A stretch of DNA of 64,000 nt from a virus (taxonomy: Duplodnaviria > Caudoviricetes): positions 1,691 through 65,690 of the IMG/VR virus record IMGVR_UViG_3300040751_000264, one strand, 5' to 3'. The notes beneath the pieces were generated by a model. The model was not told the DNA's origin. It saw only the letters and a list, made by a program, of their open reading frames with translations, and ran no database searches. The first letter of the stretch is position 1. Each line of letters begins with the position of its first letter. Made by a program: the position numbers and the translations under genes. Shown here piece by piece: positions 47,122-57,650 of this stretch.

Positions 47122-47593
47122 GGTTATACAACTCCTGTATATCTGATCTAGCAATAAGCATTTTGTAATACTCTATGCTTCCCATAGGCCCAATATATGG
47201 CTGACAAGTTTTAATTTCAAAGATAGTTGGATCTCCAACGTAGTCTCCATCTGTTTCTACAAAGATTGTGCCGTCGTCACAGCCAGAATTCCTAATGTTG
47301 GTAATGAGAATGTTGGAGAGCGGAATATAAAGCCCTACAGAAGATTGTCGTGGATCTTTTTGCATTCTTCCATAAAGAAGTGTGTCTAACTTATAAAATC
47401 TTTCTGAGTCCTCGCTAAAATTTTTAGTTGAAGACTTGTCGGTAGTGCTATGAAATGAACAGTTCATTGTCATATCGAAGTCCCACTTCTTGTTTATAGC
47501 ACCATATTCATCTTGTGATTCTTGTGGATAATAGATATCACACTGCAAGGGAAACAAGAAGTTTGAGCAGTTATCTCCTAAAAGACCCATCAC
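47108..47593 (-). CDS. Probable head-closure (stopper) protein
   Basis: CDIYY...QDEYGAI.K.W pattern; position. Confidence 0.6.
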   Translation of the reverse strand: MMGLLGDNCSNFLFPLQCDIYYPQESQDEYGAINKKWDFDMTMNCSFHSTTDKSSTKNFSEDSERFYKLDTLLYGRMQKDPRQSSVGLYIPLSNILITNIRNSGCDDGTIFVETDGDYVGDPTIFEIKTCQPYIGPMGSIEYYKMLIARSDIQELYNRVPC

Positions 47594-48579
47594 AAAACTC
47601 CAATGCGGTGGAAATGCTGCGTATAGTTGGACAGAATCTTGTCTACAACTCTGTTTCCTGTACCAGAATATGCATCTGGCTGGAACTCAATATTAAACTG
47701 ATCACTTTCATATTGTTTGACATAAGAATTAAGGTGTGGAGAAGTGTTGCACTTCAAGTCATTAATTAGAAGTTTGGCCGCAACCTTAATGTCTTCTGGT
47801 ACTACTGGCCATCCAGCATCTACAACGACTATATAATCTCTACCCTGGGGGAACATGGGAGATCCAGCGATGTTCTGAATAATGTTGGGTGAGTCGTTTG
47901 TGTTGTAAAGGGTGAATGAGTCTGACGCAGAAGTTCTTGGAACCACTGGCTTAGATTGCATACGATTATATCCACCATAAACATCGTCAATAACAACGGT
48001 TATTGCGCTCTTGTCTGCGGTAATCATATAGCCTCTAAGATTTGTCCACTCGCTATCTGTTGGCTCTGAGTCATAAACTAGATAATCATTCTCATAGACC
48101 CTAATTAGTTTATTTAGTCTGTATGGCAATGCGAGATAATCATTATCCATTCCAACGGTGTCTATGACCTCTCTGGAATAATAGAACCCATCTGCAATAT
48201 ATGCATCAATAAGACCGCGAGCAATGACCTCATACATCTTTGCTTGCTCCAGTTCATCTTCTGTATCTGCATATAGAGATGGGTCGGTATATGGGCGAAC
48301 AACGCTCAGGGTATCTACATAAACAAGATCTCCACGAATGGCTGATCCATCTGTATTTTCCCCCGTTTTAATATAAATCTCTACGCGATATGTTTGATCA
48401 TATCGTGAAAAATAATTTGGCAATGGAGTAGAAACTACCCCATCCCCATCTGCTGTTACTGGAATTTCTACTAAGTCTTCAGCGTGATCGTCTAGGATCG
48501 CTATGGAGTAGTCAGTTCCTGCTTCAAGTTCTTCAACTGTGTAAGTTAATGGGAATGGGGCTAGTCTCAATAGTTCCAT
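47590..48579 (-). CDS. Head-tail adaptor/connector protein
   Basis: AGWPVVPEDIKVAAKLLI...TGNRVVDKILSNY, typical of adaptors. Confidence 0.75.
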   Translation of the reverse strand: MELLRLAPFPLTYTVEELEAGTDYSIAILDDHAEDLVEIPVTADGDGVVSTPLPNYFSRYDQTYRVEIYIKTGENTDGSAIRGDLVYVDTLSVVRPYTDPSLYADTEDELEQAKMYEVIARGLIDAYIADGFYYSREVIDTVGMDNDYLALPYRLNKLIRVYENDYLVYDSEPTDSEWTNLRGYMITADKSAITVVIDDVYGGYNRMQSKPVVPRTSASDSFTLYNTNDSPNIIQNIAGSPMFPQGRDYIVVVDAGWPVVPEDIKVAAKLLINDLKCNTSPHLNSYVKQYESDQFNIEFQPDAYSGTGNRVVDKILSNYTQHFHRIGVL

Positions 48580-48582
48580 TTA

Positions 48583-49086
48583 TTAGTTGCCGTAATAGGT
48601 TGCCACTTCTTCAGCGGAAGCCTCGCGGATTCCCTGCCTAGTGAGCCACTTTTCGGCAGCCTCCTTAGTCACAACGTTATAGCCTGGTGACAATGTTCCT
48701 ACACCCTGCCAACGAATATTCTTTTGTGAATGAACAAGCATCCTGTCTTCCTCATTGTCAACAACCTTTTCTGGAGCCTTTTCCTTCTTGGCTTCATTAA
48801 GTGCTCTGTCTGCTGAACGAGATCCAACAACGTTGTTGTCATCCATTCTTGTATTTGATGATCGTGATGGCTTTGGCTTACTTGGACCAGTAATTACCTC
48901 TTGTCCATCTTCAGTCTTTGTCTCTGCCTCTTGAAAAGCAGAAGTAGTGATTGCATCTACAGACTCTGCTACCTTGTCAGTAGTGGTCTTCTTTGGGGCT
49001 GCCTTCTTAGCAGTTGTCTTCTTTGAAGTTGTCTTCTTTGCTGTTGGCTTTACCTCTACAGCATCTTCATTAGTATTTTCAGACAT
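48583..49086 (-). CDS. Hypothetical protein with Lys/Thr/Ala-rich low-complexity N-terminus
   Basis: Follows the capsid gene; AKKTTSKKTTAKKAAPKK. Confidence 0.7.
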   Translation of the reverse strand: MSENTNEDAVEVKPTAKKTTSKKTTAKKAAPKKTTTDKVAESVDAITTSAFQEAETKTEDGQEVITGPSKPKPSRSSNTRMDDNNVVGSRSADRALNEAKKEKAPEKVVDNEEDRMLVHSQKNIRWQGVGTLSPGYNVVTKEAAEKWLTRQGIREASAEEVATYYGN

Positions 49087-49127
49087 TTATACACCTTTCC
49101 TTTAATGCAATTATATCAGAATATGCT

Positions 49128-49160
49128 GAAGGGAGGGAGTTTTCAAGACTCCCTCCCCTC
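49128..49160 (-). terminator. Hairpin after the major capsid gene
   Basis: GAAGGGAGGGAGT...ACTCCCTCCCCTC. Confidence 0.75.
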
Positions 49161-49185
49161 AACGGGTAACGCTTTATTCACTCAA

Positions 49186-50313
49186 TTATGAGGTGAATAC
49201 GTTGTTATCTGCATAAGCAACTGCGTCAAGTTCTTCCCATGTGATACCGAAACGGACAAAGATGGTGTACTCAATTGTATCCTTCTTTGGCTTGTACTCA
49301 CGGTTCACAGTGATATCGCGCTGGAAGCCCCAAACGCGGTTCTGTGGGAATGTAAGATCAGCATAGTCTGCTGGGTAGTAAGGAACTTCCTGAACATCAA
49401 TGCCCAGAACGCGAGTGGTGCGAGCACCACCGAATGTCTGACCATTTCCGTCCAAGTAATCCTGACGATTTGCAGGAGTGCCTGCTGGAGTTCCAGCGAA
49501 TGCCTCTGCGATAGCGTCAGCGAGTGTTCCGTTCTTCTCAACAATGCTTGCAAAAACGTCTGTGCCTGCGTAGAACTTGAGGCCAGACTTGATTGCGCGG
49601 TACTTGCGTGGGAGAGCGTAAACGATCTCCTGCATAACCTGTGGTGTCCATCCCTGTGTGAGATCAACAACGGCTTCGTGAGCATCGCTACCAACGGTAA
49701 CCTGATTTACGAAACCATTCATGATTCCTAGGAATGGGTCAACACCTCCGTTGCCATTAATGGCTAGATCCTCAAGGTCGTTACCGAAAGCATTTGTCAT
49801 TAGACGAACGAGATGGTCCTCAAGAGCGGAACCCTCAATGTTGTCCTCAAGTGCTTCAGTTGAAACCTCCCAGTCTAGACGGATCTTCTTGGTTGTTAGT
49901 TCAACCTTTGTGAATGTTGCACCAGCGTTGGTGTACTCGCCAAGAGCCTGTGAAGCAGCGCGAATAACACGCTCTCCAACATTAACCTTCTCAAGTTCCA
50001 TGGTATTTGCACGCATGGTAACTCTACGGCCATCTTGGGCGAGAACTGTTGCGTCCCAAACATAGTCGATAAAACGACGGGCTTGTTCAGGATTTAGGAT
50101 GCCTCCAGGAGTACCTGTTGGGTTTACAGCATTGGGGCCAGTTGTGACACCCATGTTAGCGTTATCGATATTGCCTACAACACCCGCTGCTGGATCTGTA
50201 ACACCACCGATACCACCAGCGGCTACGGAACCTTGACCCTGGTATAGACCTGGGGCAGTGCCGCCGTACTCGCCAGACTCACCTGGCTGGTTCTTCAGAA
50301 TTTCTTCTGCCAT
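49186..50313 (-). CDS. Major capsid protein (HK97 fold)
   Basis: GGILNPEQARRFID, VELTTKKIRLDWEVSTEALEDNIEG, DLEDLAING; GGAGGTG RBS. Confidence 0.93.
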   Translation of the reverse strand: MAEEILKNQPGESGEYGGTAPGLYQGQGSVAAGGIGGVTDPAAGVVGNIDNANMGVTTGPNAVNPTGTPGGILNPEQARRFIDYVWDATVLAQDGRRVTMRANTMELEKVNVGERVIRAASQALGEYTNAGATFTKVELTTKKIRLDWEVSTEALEDNIEGSALEDHLVRLMTNAFGNDLEDLAINGNGGVDPFLGIMNGFVNQVTVGSDAHEAVVDLTQGWTPQVMQEIVYALPRKYRAIKSGLKFYAGTDVFASIVEKNGTLADAIAEAFAGTPAGTPANRQDYLDGNGQTFGGARTTRVLGIDVQEVPYYPADYADLTFPQNRVWGFQRDITVNREYKPKKDTIEYTIFVRFGITWEELDAVAYADNNVFTS

Positions 50314-50346
50314 TTGACTTTCACCTCCATGTTTTCTTTCCTTTTA

Positions 50347-51924
50347 TTAAAATAGGTCGGCATTTGTGAGGAAACGACCGCCCCAGGCAGATTTCTCTAC
50401 CTTTACTGGTTCTTCCTGCAAGATCTCGCCAAGATCAGCAGACTTACGGAAAGCAGTATCCTTTTCAACTGCGTCTACGCGCTTTCCGAAACTTTCCTGT
50501 ACTTCTTCCACCTTGCTATTGATTTCAGCAACGGCTCCGCCGAAAGCCTTGTTAATGCCTTCAATCTTGGCATCAAGAGCCTTTACTGTTTCAGCAAGAG
50601 TGGTGAGAGCAGAAGCGAGGGAATCGTTAATCTCGCTAACCATCTTTGTGGTTTCGTCAACAACTTCGGCCTCTTCTGACTTTTCAACTTCGTTTGCTGT
50701 GTCAGCCTTCATAGCCTCATCTTCCTTCTCTTCCTCGTCTTCATCGTCCATGTCTTCTGCCTTTGTTACCTCTGGCTCTTCAGACTTTTCGGCTTCCATT
50801 TCTTCTTCAGCCTTCATGTCATCGCCCTTGGCTACTTCAGCAGTTGTTGCATCAGTCTCTTCGACGGGAAGTGTGGTTGCCTCTGGCTCCACTGCTTCGC
50901 TCTTTTCAATCTCATCAACTACTACAATGTCTGAGTCCATCTTGCTAACCTCCTTTACCTCTGATTTACTAATCGCATTAACTTTTTCTAGTGAAGAAAT
51001 ATTTTTAATAACGCGACGATTCGTTGGTACTATTGTACCGTCATTTTGTGAATATACGCTTATAATCACAACTGGATCATCTGATTTAGCCAAAACTGGC
51101 TCTTCTTCAGATGAAAGCCTTGCTCCACCCTTAAGGATTACCTGTGATACACGACCATACTCATCGTCAAACTTAACAAAAGAATCTGCATCAATGTCTT
51201 TTTGGATTACTGACTTCTTCATTCTTCCAAGCATTCCCTTGACCATTGATGCCTTGTCGTCATCATTGCTTTCAACAAATCCAATGTTGTCCATTGACTT
51301 TTCGCATTGTGGACATGATGTTGAGTCATCCTTAGACATTTGAACAATGTCGTCTTTTCTGCACCAGAAAACATTTTCAATTACTGCCTTGGACAAGAAT
51401 CCAGTGCCCTCGCCTTTTTCTACACTAATAACGTTAGCAAATTGATTTGCAGGATTATCAACAAGAGATAGTTCGCTTAGGCTGTATTCCTTGATAACCT
51501 GATAAGCCTTGTTCATTTCTTCGTCATATACATCTTCTGAATCATGAATTTCCCCACCAATGGAAAATCCTGTAAGAGTTCCATCAAGAACCTTTTCCCA
51601 GGTATCCTGAGCACCCTTGCTTACATAGGCAGAAACGTAAATACCGTTATAAAACTTCTTTGAATCTTCATCAAAATACTTGTCTTCTTTGAAAGAAACT
51701 ACCTTGCCAACAGCGATGGGCTGATGCATTTCGCGGATATTTCCACGAAAACCCTCAAAAGCCTTGCGTGATGCTTCCGCAGGAACTACGTCACCCTGCT
51801 TATCAAGATTATCAAGAGTCGCAAAGCCTGAAACAATTCTGCGCTCTTTGTCAACTTTGTTGATTGGCATGGAAAGACGAATGTTGTTCTTTTCCATGGA
51901 CCAATGCGCCTTGTTAATGTCCAT
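50347..51924 (-). CDS. Prohead protease fused to an acidic scaffold domain
   Basis: ERRIVSGFA...DKQGD, REMH, TGFSIGG, ELSLVDNPAN; acidic coiled-coil C-terminal half. Confidence 0.9.
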   Translation of the reverse strand: MDINKAHWSMEKNNIRLSMPINKVDKERRIVSGFATLDNLDKQGDVVPAEASRKAFEGFRGNIREMHQPIAVGKVVSFKEDKYFDEDSKKFYNGIYVSAYVSKGAQDTWEKVLDGTLTGFSIGGEIHDSEDVYDEEMNKAYQVIKEYSLSELSLVDNPANQFANVISVEKGEGTGFLSKAVIENVFWCRKDDIVQMSKDDSTSCPQCEKSMDNIGFVESNDDDKASMVKGMLGRMKKSVIQKDIDADSFVKFDDEYGRVSQVILKGGARLSSEEEPVLAKSDDPVVIISVYSQNDGTIVPTNRRVIKNISSLEKVNAISKSEVKEVSKMDSDIVVVDEIEKSEAVEPEATTLPVEETDATTAEVAKGDDMKAEEEMEAEKSEEPEVTKAEDMDDEDEEEKEDEAMKADTANEVEKSEEAEVVDETTKMVSEINDSLASALTTLAETVKALDAKIEGINKAFGGAVAEINSKVEEVQESFGKRVDAVEKDTAFRKSADLGEILQEEPVKVEKSAWGGRFLTNADLF

Positions 51925-51959
51925 ACTAATTCCTATTATACATTATTTTTATTTAATTG

Positions 51960-53594
51960 TTATGAAGTTTTTGGACCTTCGCCCTTGGGGTTTCTTCCAG
52001 AGATAGCACCTGGACCATCTGATTGTTCATTTGATCTTTCAGAGTCTCTTTCTCTATTACCTCGCACATCAGAGCGAGCGTCTGCTGCCTGTCGTGCAGA
52101 TAATTCAAGTGGTGCATCTCCACCTTCTCTTTGTGGCTTTCCAAGTGCCTCACGGATTTCGTTTGGCGTAAGTGCCTGAATCTTTGCATAACGCTCATAA
52201 ATCTGAGATTGTGCGATTTCGTCTGTTAGGTTAGCCTCATTAAATACAAGTTTAACAACATCGGTCTTTTCTTTAACAATCTTATTTATAGCCTTTGCAA
52301 CATACTCTTGCAGTGGCTTAGATACCTGATCGCGGAATGTTCTATCTTGTGACATTGCTCCTGCTGATGATGCATCTCCAGATCCTAGTTTGGACAAAGG
52401 AACCTGATGCGCCATAAGAACGTCGTCCCTGTTTTGCTTACGATATTGTGAGAATGATGCTTCTTGAACATTGTTTTCTACAGGATGCATTTCAAATTCA
52501 ATCTTATTGCCATCACTATCTCCAGGAAGTGGGATGTATAGAGTTCTATGGCTCTGCCCCTTTAGTCCTGTCTGGAAGAATCTAAATAACTTATCTTCTG
52601 CTTCGCTAGAAAGTTTTGCACCCTTTACGGTAATGATATATCGTGGAACAGCCTTGTTCTCAAAATAGTCAATATTATATTGTGCCGCCATCTGATCGCC
52701 ACGCAGGGAAGTCATGGCAGCCATAACGTCTGGGATTCCATAAAAAGTATTGAGTGGTGAGTATTCCTTAAGATGAATGATCTCGTTTGGTCGTGGGTCT
52801 GTGGTTACAGGATTTGGATTGTTTGCTTGGAAATTACGGAAGTATACAATTGTTCCAGCGATAATTTGTAGATATCCATCCCTCAGGCGGCGTACTCGCA
52901 TAGTTGTTGCTGGAATATGTCCAATGTATCCAATTTCTCCAGATACTGTTCTGCCAATTTCAATGTATCCATTTCCAGTTGCCTGCATATCTGTGACAAC
53001 CTTCTCTAAAGTCTTTGTCAGGCTTTCGTCATCGTTGCAATCTTCTAGCCACGCCATCATTTGCATTTTTAGTGATTCAATTCTCTTCTTAGCCTTCTCT
53101 TTAGCAGAGTCATTTGTCATTGTCTCTAACTTGCCCATCGTGTCGTGAGTCATCTCAAATCTGTGACCCATGCCAACTGAGTTTGCTACCTTGGCATCAA
53201 TGGCTGCGTGATTGGCAAAAGATGTGTCGTAGTATGAAGAAAGTTCGTAAAGGTTGTAGGGTGGGGTGATAACGTCAAAGATTCCATAGCCATTACGATA
53301 AACCATTCCTGGATTAATAGCCTTTGACTCAACATCTCTGTCAGCATTCTGCCCTACCGCCCTGGCATCGCTAAGATACCTTGTGCTAATCTGTCCATCT
53401 GCTTGACGAGGAACATTGTTAACAGTTGTATTATACTTTTCAACCTTTCTTGCAGTTCTACGCTTAAAGTTTTTGTCTAGCCCATTAAGAGAAGAAAGGT
53501 CTTCCCAGGACTTAGCAAATGGATCTAGGTTGGCAAATTCATTTTCAATAATTTGATCTGCCATCTTAGCATCAATAAAAAACTGCTCTTCCAT
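51960..53594 (-). CDS. Portal protein
   Basis: ATGNGYIEI, HIPATTMRV, EIIHLK.YSP...YGIPD, YFENKAVP, LTPNEIRE.LG. Confidence 0.93.
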   Translation of the reverse strand: MEEQFFIDAKMADQIIENEFANLDPFAKSWEDLSSLNGLDKNFKRRTARKVEKYNTTVNNVPRQADGQISTRYLSDARAVGQNADRDVESKAINPGMVYRNGYGIFDVITPPYNLYELSSYYDTSFANHAAIDAKVANSVGMGHRFEMTHDTMGKLETMTNDSAKEKAKKRIESLKMQMMAWLEDCNDDESLTKTLEKVVTDMQATGNGYIEIGRTVSGEIGYIGHIPATTMRVRRLRDGYLQIIAGTIVYFRNFQANNPNPVTTDPRPNEIIHLKEYSPLNTFYGIPDVMAAMTSLRGDQMAAQYNIDYFENKAVPRYIITVKGAKLSSEAEDKLFRFFQTGLKGQSHRTLYIPLPGDSDGNKIEFEMHPVENNVQEASFSQYRKQNRDDVLMAHQVPLSKLGSGDASSAGAMSQDRTFRDQVSKPLQEYVAKAINKIVKEKTDVVKLVFNEANLTDEIAQSQIYERYAKIQALTPNEIREALGKPQREGGDAPLELSARQAADARSDVRGNRERDSERSNEQSDGPGAISGRNPKGEGPKTS

Positions 53595-53986
53595 TAATCA
53601 GCATCTCCATACATTTCAAGTGACTTCTTTGCCGCTGCAACAGCACCGATATCATTTAGAGATGGGATCAAGCCTTCATCAAGTCTGTCAAGTTGTTCCT
53701 GATATTCCTCATCTGTTGCACGATTTATACCAGCATAGAACCATGGCTCACCCTCTGAATAGCCATAGTGTGCTGCGGCTTGCTTAAGTTTAGCAATTTG
53801 ACCAATATCGTTCTTTACGGAAGGAATGTTCAACATTCTTCCTTCGCCGTCCTTTAAAAGGTGGCCATCTGGCAATCTCCAGAAGTACAGACCCCATTCA
53901 AAACCAAAATGCTTACGTTGTGCCTGCCCAGTGTCTACAACACTGACCTTGCTCTTTCCAAGTGTGGGTCTTTTTCTATTGCTCAT
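53594..53986 (-). CDS. Hypothetical protein
   Basis: ATG 7 nt after TGGTACAAT; TAATG-coupled to the portal gene. Confidence 0.7.
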   Translation of the reverse strand: MSNRKRPTLGKSKVSVVDTGQAQRKHFGFEWGLYFWRLPDGHLLKDGEGRMLNIPSVKNDIGQIAKLKQAAAHYGYSEGEPWFYAGINRATDEEYQEQLDRLDEGLIPSLNDIGAVAAAKKSLEMYGDAD

Positions 53987-54004
53987 GAACACTATTGTAC
54001 CAGA

Positions 54005-57000
54005 TTATGCTGGTTTTGCGGTAATTGATGACCAAGTAACACCCGTATATAGCGATGAATCTGTCTTATTGAAACGTATTCCAAAGTTATCGTCAACAAC
54101 GCTCCTATTTGTTCCAACATATGACTGATAAATGTTCGCTGGTGTGTCAAAGAATGATGTTGATTGTCCCAAAACATAAACATCTCTCCAGGCTTCTACC
54201 GCTGTGTCCCAATATGACCATAGCCTGGTAACGCTTTCATAGTTCAGAACATTTTCCCAAGTTCTAATATTAATGTCTGTCTTAACACCAAGACCTTCTG
54301 ACAGATAGTATGAAATATTATTTAGCAGTACCCCGCCAAACACATCTATACTTCCGTTAGAAAACTCGCTAAAGTCTAACTGATTTGGGAAAGATATTCC
54401 AATCATGTTCCACTCAAAATCATTAATGGTTGGTGATGGGACATATCTTCCATTTTGATAAAACTCAATATCTGATGCCCTAGTTAAAGACACACCATCA
54501 TTATAATAGGCACGAATAAAAATTCCAGTGTCCTCTTTTTCAGAAAGTATAGATATCTTTCCATCCTTATGATTAATATCCATTAACTTGTATTGCCCGT
54601 TTGTGTCTCCAATTGAGGAGAGCATGAAGAACTGAACTGCTCCAACAAAGAATTCATAAGAAGCATTCTGGTTTACTGGTAGTGAAATCATATATTCTTT
54701 TGATGGGTTAGCAGTAGACCCATCTGTCTTATTTATCAATCTTATGCCTGATTTTTTTGTGGTATACAGATATGGCGTTCCAGTTTTATAAATTGCAATG
54801 GGGTTTTTGCTCTTGTAGTCAATGTTTCCAGAATCTATAATTTGTGGATAAACAATGTTTCCAAACTTTGTTCCGATATAGTTTCTTTGTGCTGGGTCTG
54901 AAGTGGCAGAAACGTAGTTAAGATTCTTTGCAGTAATACCCATGTTTCTAATCTTGAGAGGGTTCTTTAAAATTGCCCTTTGATTTAATTCAAGGTGAAC
55001 AACCATTGCGTAGTCTTCAAAGTCGTTTGTCTTTGGTGGATAAACTATTGTATTGTCAGTAAAAGCAAACTTTGTATCATAAACTTTTTCTGGCAATTGC
55101 GGAATGTTTTCTTCATCTGCATAAATAACCTGATCTGATGCAAGACCTTTTGTGTATGTAAAACTTGACAAAGGGCTGTTTGCTCCGCTAGCAAGAGTTT
55201 GGAAGGTTATGTAGGATTGCAAAGATGAATTTGAAACGTTTACCGTATCTCCAGTGGTGTTGTTCTTAAACAAGTTAAAGTAGTTAGAGTAAATAGAAGA
55301 TTGCAAATCTGCATATGTTTGTCCTACATATGCATCCTTAAGTTCTACATACTGCCAAACACCCTCAGACGACACATAAGAGTATCCAAGGTTTATTTGT
55401 ATCATGTCCAGGTCATATACAGAGTCTCCGTTTTCGTCTTTAACATACCCAGCAAAGTATGACAGTGGGTAGTATTCTTCCCACTCTGAAGATATGGAAA
55501 TATCAAGGAATAGTTTTTCGTACTCATACTCTGGCAAAAGCGTGTAACTTGCTATGTGATCAGTAATAATCTCATAGTTTTCTGAAATAGCAATTCCATT
55601 GTCAGCAAAATTGCTTGATATTTTTTCATGATTGTTTTGATCACAAAAGCCAACTGAGTATATTTTTCCTTCAAAAGTATTTATTCCGTTTCCGCCTACA
55701 TATAACTGGATTGATGATGGTGATGAAAAGAATCTAGAGATTTCATATCCGAATACCGCTCCAGCAGACTCAAAGTTTATTCCGACAAAAGCCTCTATTC
55801 CTATGGTTATAACTTCTTCATGTATTAACCTATCGTTTATATAATAAAGGACTGAATCGCTATTTACAACAATATTAAAACTGTCTCCATTGGTAATATT
55901 CACAAAACTCATTAAGGTTCTATCGCTAGCAATATCTTCCTCTGTTTCAAAAATTCCATAAACAGAGGATACTGAATTGTTTAGAACATTGAGTGAGGGA
56001 AAGTTTAGATATGACTGATCTACATAATTAATGCCGTCATAATCCCAGGAGAGTGGATCTCCATTTGAGTCATAGGTTACGTTTGGCCTAAACGTTATAA
56101 AGTTTGGATGATTACCTGACGGATATTCTAATGTATTGACCATGTAGTTATCTCTGTACCACTCATTTACATCTCTGCCACCGATATTTATTAATGGCAG
56201 TCTGTAATCTGGGACAGACAGAAAATCTCTGTTTGCATCAAAGTTATTAAAGTATCCAGCATCCCATCTATAAATGTCTGGATATGTTACGCTTGGGCCA
56301 TACTGTGAGTTAGAGAAATCTATTGTTGTGGAAGTACCCTTAAACCCATTGTCTATAGACTGAATTGATGGAGTTCCTTGTCCGTAGACAAACCTTCTTT
56401 TTGCTGCTACCTCAGAAATTGAATATGGAAGAATGGATATGCAGTCAATGTAGAATGATGAAAAGTTGTCATACGAATACGCACCCCACCAATCTCTATC
56501 ATTTGGAAGATCAATTAGTTTCTTGTCATAATCCATTGTTACGACAATCTCTCCATTAACAATCAGAGATGCTGTTCCTTCTTTTAAGACAATGTGAACC
56601 AGCATTGGTCGATACCATTCCCCAACGCAATGGGACGCTATTTCATCTCCTATAACAAGAGTAAGGAATCCTTCTTTAACGTATAGGCCATAGTTGTTGG
56701 ATACTGGGCCAATAATTCTTTGTGCTCTTGCTGTGGAAGGATCTAATTTGATCCATGCCTCTAAGGTATAGTTGTTGTTTCTTCCTGAATCATTTAGCAT
56801 ACCCTTGCCTGGGAAAATTAGAGATGGAAGGTTTACACCTGAAGAATATATCTTTGTTGAGTGATCTGTGCCGTATATTATTGGCATACCGTCATTTTTT
56901 GCGAGGAGCCTGTTGTTTCTAACCAAATAGTACGCATTGTCTGACAAGGTTCCGTACTGATCGGCAGATATGCCAAACATTCCAGTTATTCCTGCTGAAG

Positions 57001-57634
57001 ATGGAGTGGAAACATATTCGCTTCCTAGGCTATCGTATGCAGTTGTCTCTGATTGCTGACCGACAGATAATCCATTTAGGATTAGAGTTCTAGATGTAGC
57101 ATCTCCTCCAGAACTATCTGCAAAATTTACCTGAATAAAAATTTTAAGATTGCCTGACCAACTGGTTGGCAAAGAATATACTCTGTTAAAGTTTAGCCAT
57201 GATTCTAGTTGTGGTGCAGGTATTTCATCTGAGATAACTTCTTGTGGGCTACTTAGTGCATCATCATATCTGTATCCCACCTTAAACCAGTTAATGAAGT
57301 CTGGCTTTTGATACAAGAAAAAGTTTACGGAAAACGTGGCAATTTCTTCATTTACGTCTAGCAAATTAAAAAGTTCTGGACTTTCAACATCTACCGTTAC
57401 TGGAGATGAGGTGTTTGCAATAAAGGCAGAGGACACCTCGTTTGGAAAGGGTGCTTCAGAGTCTGGCAAAGTTGGAGAATCGTCACTGTTTGCATTGGTT
57501 AGTGTCCAATTTGATAAAAGCCTGTCGTTGTCGTCTATCAAAGATAGGTAATATACCTTTTCATCTAATGGCCACAAAGCGATTGGATGTTCAGAAAAAA
57601 CCTTATCGGCATATTGATTTCCAGCGATGCTCAT
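54005..57634 (-). CDS. Large virion protein with LamG/concanavalin-like domains
   Basis: YADKVFSEHPIALWPLDE; YTLEAWIK...MLVHIV...LIVNGE LamG-like pattern. Confidence 0.7.
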   Translation of the reverse strand: MSIAGNQYADKVFSEHPIALWPLDEKVYYLSLIDDNDRLLSNWTLTNANSDDSPTLPDSEAPFPNEVSSAFIANTSSPVTVDVESPELFNLLDVNEEIATFSVNFFLYQKPDFINWFKVGYRYDDALSSPQEVISDEIPAPQLESWLNFNRVYSLPTSWSGNLKIFIQVNFADSSGGDATSRTLILNGLSVGQQSETTAYDSLGSEYVSTPSSAGITGMFGISADQYGTLSDNAYYLVRNNRLLAKNDGMPIIYGTDHSTKIYSSGVNLPSLIFPGKGMLNDSGRNNNYTLEAWIKLDPSTARAQRIIGPVSNNYGLYVKEGFLTLVIGDEIASHCVGEWYRPMLVHIVLKEGTASLIVNGEIVVTMDYDKKLIDLPNDRDWWGAYSYDNFSSFYIDCISILPYSISEVAAKRRFVYGQGTPSIQSIDNGFKGTSTTIDFSNSQYGPSVTYPDIYRWDAGYFNNFDANRDFLSVPDYRLPLINIGGRDVNEWYRDNYMVNTLEYPSGNHPNFITFRPNVTYDSNGDPLSWDYDGINYVDQSYLNFPSLNVLNNSVSSVYGIFETEEDIASDRTLMSFVNITNGDSFNIVVNSDSVLYYINDRLIHEEVITIGIEAFVGINFESAGAVFGYEISRFFSSPSSIQLYVGGNGINTFEGKIYSVGFCDQNNHEKISSNFADNGIAISENYEIITDHIASYTLLPEYEYEKLFLDISISSEWEEYYPLSYFAGYVKDENGDSVYDLDMIQINLGYSYVSSEGVWQYVELKDAYVGQTYADLQSSIYSNYFNLFKNNTTGDTVNVSNSSLQSYITFQTLASGANSPLSSFTYTKGLASDQVIYADEENIPQLPEKVYDTKFAFTDNTIVYPPKTNDFEDYAMVVHLELNQRAILKNPLKIRNMGITAKNLNYVSATSDPAQRNYIGTKFGNIVYPQIIDSGNIDYKSKNPIAIYKTGTPYLYTTKKSGIRLINKTDGSTANPSKEYMISLPVNQNASYEFFVGAVQFFMLSSIGDTNGQYKLMDINHKDGKISILSEKEDTGIFIRAYYNDGVSLTRASDIEFYQNGRYVPSPTINDFEWNMIGISFPNQLDFSEFSNGSIDVFGGVLLNNISYYLSEGLGVKTDINIRTWENVLNYESVTRLWSYWDTAVEAWRDVYVLGQSTSFFDTPANIYQSYVGTNRSVVDDNFGIRFNKTDSSLYTGVTWSSITAKPA

Positions 57635-57650
57635 ATATATCATTATAGCA

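Noticed and set aside
50366-51343. 325-aa plus-strand ORF
   Set aside because: Antisense shadow of the Glu/Asp/Lys-rich scaffold; Ser/Phe-rich translation, no RBS or recognisable motif.
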